Shown piece after piece: positions 36,890 to 41,489 of a stretch of 41,489 nt of DNA (positions are counted from its first letter, which is position 1; each line of letters opens with the position of its first letter). A program made the position numbers and the translations under genes. Source of the DNA: Methanothrix sp. (GTDB taxonomy: Archaea; Halobacteriota; Methanosarcinia; Methanotrichales; Methanotrichaceae); assembly GCA_036733325.1 (NCBI GenBank), contig DAINAQ010000001.1, positions 18,478-59,966 of the forward strand, written 5' to 3'. The notes beneath the pieces were generated by a model. The model had not been told where the DNA came from and did no database searches. It saw nothing but the letters and a program-made list of their open reading frames with translations.

Positions 36890-38331
36890 CTTGCCTCCAC
36901 CTCTTCGAGTTCAGATGATCTGCGGGAGAGATCCCCGAGCCTCAGATCGAAGGTCGCGCCGGGGTTCGCCTCCATCAGCCTTCCGAGGTTTGCATGGGCC
37001 TGAGCGATCCCCGCCTCGTCCGCCTCTGCAGGGACCTGGGCGTTTAAGGGTGCGGTCTCCGCGAGCTCCTTCGGAAAAGGTCCGAAGGGGGGCAAAAACC
37101 AGAGGACGTGGTCGAACTCCTCCCCCTCCTTCGCCACGACACCGGGTTTCGCCACCAGGACCCTGCCGGAGAGCTCGATCCGGTCCATTCTCGATCCGTA
37201 CCTCAAAACCTCGGGCCTCTTCGCCGACTCCGGTCCCAGATAGAAGAAGGTGGACCGCGAGGCGGGGGCGAGCGTCTCGATCCAGCCCGCGGTGGAGGCC
37301 AGGGCCCGCAGGCCGTCCACCATCCGGGGGTGGGACCTGCATCTCCTCTCCACCAGCTCCCAGAGGGACCCCTCCCAGATGGACTGTCTGATCCGCCGGA
37401 TCTCCGCCAGGGAGACGAAGAGGTTGTGACGGGCGAGAAGCTCGATTCTGTCCGGGTCCCGTGATAGATCTTCTGGCGATCGGTTTCGGCAGACCTCGCA
37501 GCAGCAAGGAAGGTATTTCAGCTCCTCCAGGTGGAGGGTGCCGCTGGCGGTGAGGTAGCGCCCCTGCCTGGCATAGAGGGCGTAGGCGGCGGAGTCGAAG
37601 AGGTCGCATCCCAGGGCCGCGGCGAGGGCGAACATCATGGGGTGGCCCGCGCCGAAGAGGTGGACCGGGGCCGCGGGGCCGAGCCCCTTCTTGGAGGCGG
37701 CGACCACAGTTACCAGGTCGGAGAACCTGTACGTTTCCATCAGGGGGACGACGGCCCCTATGGGGCAGAGGTCAAACTCCATCTCTCTCGCCCTCCTGGC
37801 CGCCCTGAACCTCAGGTCGGCATAGGTCGATCCCTGGATCGGTCCCGCCAGAAGCGGCTCCTCCTCCCAGAACTCGCGCGCTTCGCAGAGCCTTCGTTCC
37901 GTCTCTCTGAGCTCCGACTCGGCCCTGGACCTGGGGACGTCCGGCGGTGTGGGTATATCCAGGGGGACGCAGATGTCGGAGCCGATCGACCTTTGAAACT
38001 CCAGGATCTCCAGGGGCATAACGTCGATATCGCCGTATACGGAGAGCTGAAACGCCCCCGAGTCGGTCATGATGGGCCCATCAAATCCCAGAAGCTGGTG
38101 TACACCCTCCCTCATAGCGGGCTCTTTCAGCTCGGGGTCCTGGTTTATGATGTAGCTGTTGGTGATCAGGATCTCGGCGCCCATCTTCCTCAGATCGGCA
38201 GGTTCGATCAACCTGAGATGGGGATTGACCACGGGCATCAGCGCGGGGGTCTCGATGACGCCGTGAGGCGTTCGAAGCCTTCCGATCCGACCCGCCAGAT
38301 CCTTGTTCAGAATTTCAAAGCAATCTGGCAT
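36886..38331 (-). CDS. tgtA: Archaeosine tRNA-guanine(15) transglycosylase
   Basis: GRIG, ETPALMPVVNP, ITNSY, MTDSGAFQL, LDIPT, HLFGAGHP, FDSAAY, CCCEVC, HN; 4-bp overlap with arcS. Confidence 0.96.
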   Translation of the reverse strand: MPDCFEILNKDLAGRIGRLRTPHGVIETPALMPVVNPHLRLIEPADLRKMGAEILITNSYIINQDPELKEPAMREGVHQLLGFDGPIMTDSGAFQLSVYGDIDVMPLEILEFQRSIGSDICVPLDIPTPPDVPRSRAESELRETERRLCEAREFWEEEPLLAGPIQGSTYADLRFRAARRAREMEFDLCPIGAVVPLMETYRFSDLVTVVAASKKGLGPAAPVHLFGAGHPMMFALAAALGCDLFDSAAYALYARQGRYLTASGTLHLEELKYLPCCCEVCRNRSPEDLSRDPDRIELLARHNLFVSLAEIRRIRQSIWEGSLWELVERRCRSHPRMVDGLRALASTAGWIETLAPASRSTFFYLGPESAKRPEVLRYGSRMDRIELSGRVLVAKPGVVAKEGEEFDHVLWFLPPFGPFPKELAETAPLNAQVPAEADEAGIAQAHANLGRLMEANPGATFDLRLGDLSRRSSELEEVEAR

Positions 38332-38422
38332 CCCCTATCCCATGCAGATAAGGCATAAATAGGTTGGTACAGATCAGGGAGTGTCGCATCATGATTTTGA
38401 AAATAATTGGTGGTGACCAGAC

Positions 38423-38902
38423 TTGAAATGTGCAGTTATGATCCTCCTCGTGTGCCTTGTGGGCACCGTGGCGGCAGAGGGCTATAGCAGTAGCCAGAAC
38501 CTTTTCCTCAGGGGAGAGAACCCGGTCAAAACCTCGATGGAAGAGTCCAGATTCGAAGATTATGCCGATCTGTACTGGGCATCTTACATATCGAACCCCG
38601 ACGTAACTCCCAGAGCACCCCTCCTTCCCGGACAGGCGGTTGACGTTGAAAATACCATGGCCATCTGGAGCATCAACTTCCCCCTGGACGTCTCCAACTC
38701 CTCCTTCGGAGATGGAGATGAGCAGGCGGCAGGAGCCGCATACCCCAGATATGATTTTGGGATAGGGACCTTTTGGCGTTATACAGCGCCGATGCCCATC
38801 GGTGAATCCACCTTTGAGCGGGGAAGACCCGCCAACGGAACCCAGCTCCAGAAGAACACCGAGGCGTTGTCCCGAGAAGTGATGGACGGGTTCGGCCTGT
38901 GA
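38423..38902 (+). CDS. Hypothetical secreted protein
   Basis: GGTGGTGA RBS, TTG start, signal peptide MKCAVMILLVCLVGTVAA; fills the gap between tgtA and aconitase. Confidence 0.65.
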   Translation: MKCAVMILLVCLVGTVAAEGYSSSQNLFLRGENPVKTSMEESRFEDYADLYWASYISNPDVTPRAPLLPGQAVDVENTMAIWSINFPLDVSNSSFGDGDEQAAGAAYPRYDFGIGTFWRYTAPMPIGESTFERGRPANGTQLQKNTEALSREVMDGFGL

Positions 38903-38947
38903 ACTTCACAGGCCGAAGGCCTTTTTCTCATCCTTCCATCTGAACCG

Positions 38948-40894
38948 TCATCTCTTCCGCACGGTGTAGGGAAGAAGCCCTCCTGCAACCAGGATCTCCC
39001 TCTGGCGCGTGCTCAGCTCCGTCTTCAGGAGAACCTTCTCTTTCGAGGTCACATCGAGGGCCTCCATCACCGGGTCGCCCCTCTCCAAGGTCGCCCTGAT
39101 GCCGGGGATCTTCAGGTCGTCGTCTTCCTTCACAAGATCGTAATCGGATTCCGATACAAAGGTGAAGGGCACGATCCCGAAATTTACCAGGTTCGCGGCA
39201 TGGATCCGCTCTATCGACTTCGCCATCACCGCCTTGACCCCCAGGTACATGGGACATAGGGCGGCGTGCTCTCGAGAGGACCCCTGGCCGTAGCTCACCC
39301 CCGCCGCGATCAGGTTGTGGACTCCTCTATCCCTCAGCTCTGCCGCCCTTCTGCTGAACTCCGGGTCCAGAGGCTCGAAGACGAACTCGGAGTACTTGGG
39401 GACGTTCGACCTGTACTTCAGTCGGGCTCCGGCGGGCATGATGTGGTCGGTGGTGACGTAGTCTCCAACTTTTATGGTGATCTTGCCGCGGAGGTCTTCG
39501 GGCAGGGGGTCGTTGGTGGGGGGCGCGCCGATGTTGGGGCCGCGGTATATGGAGATCTTTGCGCGCTCCGTCTCCGGGAGGGGCGGGATGATCATGCGGT
39601 CATCGATCTTGAAGCGATCCGGCATCCTGACCCTTGGAAACTCCATATCCAGATCCCTCGGATCGGTGATCTCGCCCTTAAGGGCCGCCGCCGCCGCGAC
39701 CACCGGGCTTGCCAGGTAGACGTCGGCGCTGGCCGTCCCCGATCTTCCCTTGAAGTTCCGGTTGCTGGTCCTGATGGAGACCGAATCGGTTTTGGGGGAC
39801 ATGCTGTTTCCTATGCAAAAGCCGCAGGCCGACTCCAGAATTCTGGCCCCGAAGGCCAAAAGGTCGCTCAGGGCCCCGTTATCGGCGATCATCTGGAGGA
39901 CCTGTCTTGATCCCGGAGCCACCCCCAGAGAGACCCCGGGGACGAGTTGGCTTCCCCGGAGCATCTTCGCCACGGTCATAAGGTCCGCGAAGGAGGAGTT
40001 GGTGCATGACCCGATCATCACCTGATCGACGGGCGTCCCTGCGAGATCGCTGACGGGTACGATGTTGCCGGGGCTGTGAGGTGCCGCCATCAGCGGCTCC
40101 AGGTCGGAGAGGTCGATATAGAGTTCGTGGTCGTAGAGAGCGTCCTCATCGGCCTCCAGGGGGGTCCACTGGTCTATCCTATCCTGGGCCGCGAGGAACC
40201 TCCGGGTCTCCTCGTCGCTGGGAAACAGGGATGTGGTCACTCCCGTCTCCGCGCCCATGTTGGCTATGGTGGCCCTCTCCGGGACGGTGAGGGCGCGCGC
40301 CCCCTCGCCGCAGTACTCGCAGACGCACCCCACATTCCCCTTGGTGGTCAGCTTCTCCAGCACCTTCAGGATCACGTCCTTGGCAGTGACCCAGTCGGGG
40401 AGCTCTCCTTCCAGGTCGACTCTGATCACCTTGGGGCAGGTCAGGTAATAGGCTCCGCCGCCCATGGCCACCGCGACGTCCAGCCCGCCAGCTCCTATGG
40501 CTATCATGCCCAGGCCGCCGCTGGTGGGGGTGTGGCTGTCCGATCCGAGGAGGGTTCTTCCAGGCCGGCCGAACCTCTCCAGGTGCACCTGGTGGCAAAT
40601 TCCGTTCCCGGGCCTTGAGAAGTGAATCCCGTACTTCTCTGCTATCGTCTGGAGATATCGGTGGTCGTCGGCGTTCTCGAACCCCACCTGGACGGTGTTG
40701 TGGTCCACGTAAGATACTGAGACCTCCGTCTCTATCCTGGACAGGCCCATCGACTCGAACTGGAGGTAGGCCATCGTTCCGGTGGCATCCTGGGTCAGGG
40801 TCTGATCTATCCGTATCCCGATCTCTTTTCCCGGTTCGTAAGAGCCATCGACGAGATGATCCCTCAATATCTTCTCGGTTAATGTGAAATTCAT
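38948..40894 (-). CDS. Aconitate hydratase (compact ~650-aa type)
   Basis: QDATGT, DHN, GNGICHQ, GSDSHT, IGSCTN, SACGFCIG, NRNFKGR, TTDHIMP, YGQGSSREHAA; GGAGG RBS. Confidence 0.93.
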   Translation of the reverse strand: MNFTLTEKILRDHLVDGSYEPGKEIGIRIDQTLTQDATGTMAYLQFESMGLSRIETEVSVSYVDHNTVQVGFENADDHRYLQTIAEKYGIHFSRPGNGICHQVHLERFGRPGRTLLGSDSHTPTSGGLGMIAIGAGGLDVAVAMGGGAYYLTCPKVIRVDLEGELPDWVTAKDVILKVLEKLTTKGNVGCVCEYCGEGARALTVPERATIANMGAETGVTTSLFPSDEETRRFLAAQDRIDQWTPLEADEDALYDHELYIDLSDLEPLMAAPHSPGNIVPVSDLAGTPVDQVMIGSCTNSSFADLMTVAKMLRGSQLVPGVSLGVAPGSRQVLQMIADNGALSDLLAFGARILESACGFCIGNSMSPKTDSVSIRTSNRNFKGRSGTASADVYLASPVVAAAAALKGEITDPRDLDMEFPRVRMPDRFKIDDRMIIPPLPETERAKISIYRGPNIGAPPTNDPLPEDLRGKITIKVGDYVTTDHIMPAGARLKYRSNVPKYSEFVFEPLDPEFSRRAAELRDRGVHNLIAAGVSYGQGSSREHAALCPMYLGVKAVMAKSIERIHAANLVNFGIVPFTFVSESDYDLVKEDDDLKIPGIRATLERGDPVMEALDVTSKEKVLLKTELSTRQREILVAGGLLPYTVRKR

Positions 40895-41029
40895 AAAAAA
40901 CCTCCAAAATCCCCGGATTTCTCATCTTCGTTCTCAGATCTCGGCTAAATCCTCCTGTTGGTATTAATAATCGACGCGAAGATCTGGCATCTGATCAGCC
41001 CCTGGCCTGCCGCCAAATCCGCCCAAGCC

Positions 41030-41290
41030 ACAACGCTTAAATATCGGGCTGGTATTGGGGGAGTTCGCCCGTCTGGCAAAGGGGGCGCGAGATTCGCGCA
41101 GACCGCCGAGAAGGGATGAGGTCTGAGGACATTCGGCGTGCTCAAAAATGAGCCCCCCGACAAGTCCGAAAGGCTTAAATAGCATCCTCTGATACGGGGA
41201 AAGGCTGTCCGGGGCGGTCCGGGCGGGGGACGACATCTCATTGATGTTGAAACCTCGCAGGTGGATCGGAACCGGAAAGCTTAAATACGA
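41030..41290 (+). promoter_or_regulatory. Three tandem BRE/TATA promoters
   Basis: GCTTAAATA at 41035, 41173 and 41279, the last two preceded by GAAA(G); no credible CDS follows. Confidence 0.7.
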
Positions 41291-41304
41291 TGGCCCCGTA
41301 AATA

Positions 41305-41489
41305 GACGGGCCGCTGGGGAGCAAATCCCCAGAACCGCGACACAACGGCGTAAGCCCTGATGGCGTAGAACGCTCACGATGAGGGGCTGACTTCCAAAGG
41401 TCGTGGCATATAATCTGTCGTGGAGACGGGATACAACTTGTCTCGTCTGACGTACGCTTATGGCGACTCGGCCAATTCCGACCGATACT
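41305..41489 (+). ncRNA. Structured non-coding leader, probable 5' external transcribed spacer of an rRNA operon beyond the window
   Basis: Hairpins CTGGGGA-GCAAA-TCCCCAG and AGACGGGA...TCTCGTCT; GATGAGG...CTGA C/D-like motif; downstream of tandem promoters. No mature rRNA is visible. Confidence 0.4.

Noticed and set aside
40945..41377. 98-aa and 137-aa minus-strand ORFs
   Set aside because: No motifs; the region is better explained as tandem plus-strand promoters and a structured leader.
41290..41489. tRNA or mature rRNA gene
   Set aside because: No cloverleaf with a T-loop, and no conserved 16S 5' sequence within the window.

Overview
GC-rich archaeal DNA, most consistent with a Methanothrix (Methanosaeta)-type methanogen. 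This is inferred from tgtA/arcS, a Methanosarcina-type C25 prenyl synthase and TPR/HEAT/NosD surface proteins. Core genes: purC, polyprenyl synthase plus radical SAM, amtB-glnK, a MOT1 transporter, arcS-tgtA and aconitase. The right edge carries three tandem TATA promoters that probably lead into a stable-RNA (rRNA) operon beyond the window. The standout is a ~10.4 kb minus-strand cluster (about 11,090-21,500) with the order radical SAM/SPASM maturase, 863-aa multidomain protein, cobalamin-dependent radical SAM methyltransferase, 1213-aa paralogue. Both large proteins are lectin/beta-gamma-crystallin chimeras ending in a Gly/Ala-rich tail with 27-28 Cys in a near-strict 5-residue register and a conserved IDVIPIIP(F/G)I end. 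They look like giant RiPP-type precursors carrying their own binding domains. A decayed copy of the methyltransferase 5' end after the second precursor records the duplication that made it. Other points of note: a bacterial-type Hfq-like gene, three tandem secreted beta-barrel paralogues, and a possible methanophenazine-pathway gene pair. All family assignments come from motif recognition by eye; no searches were run.
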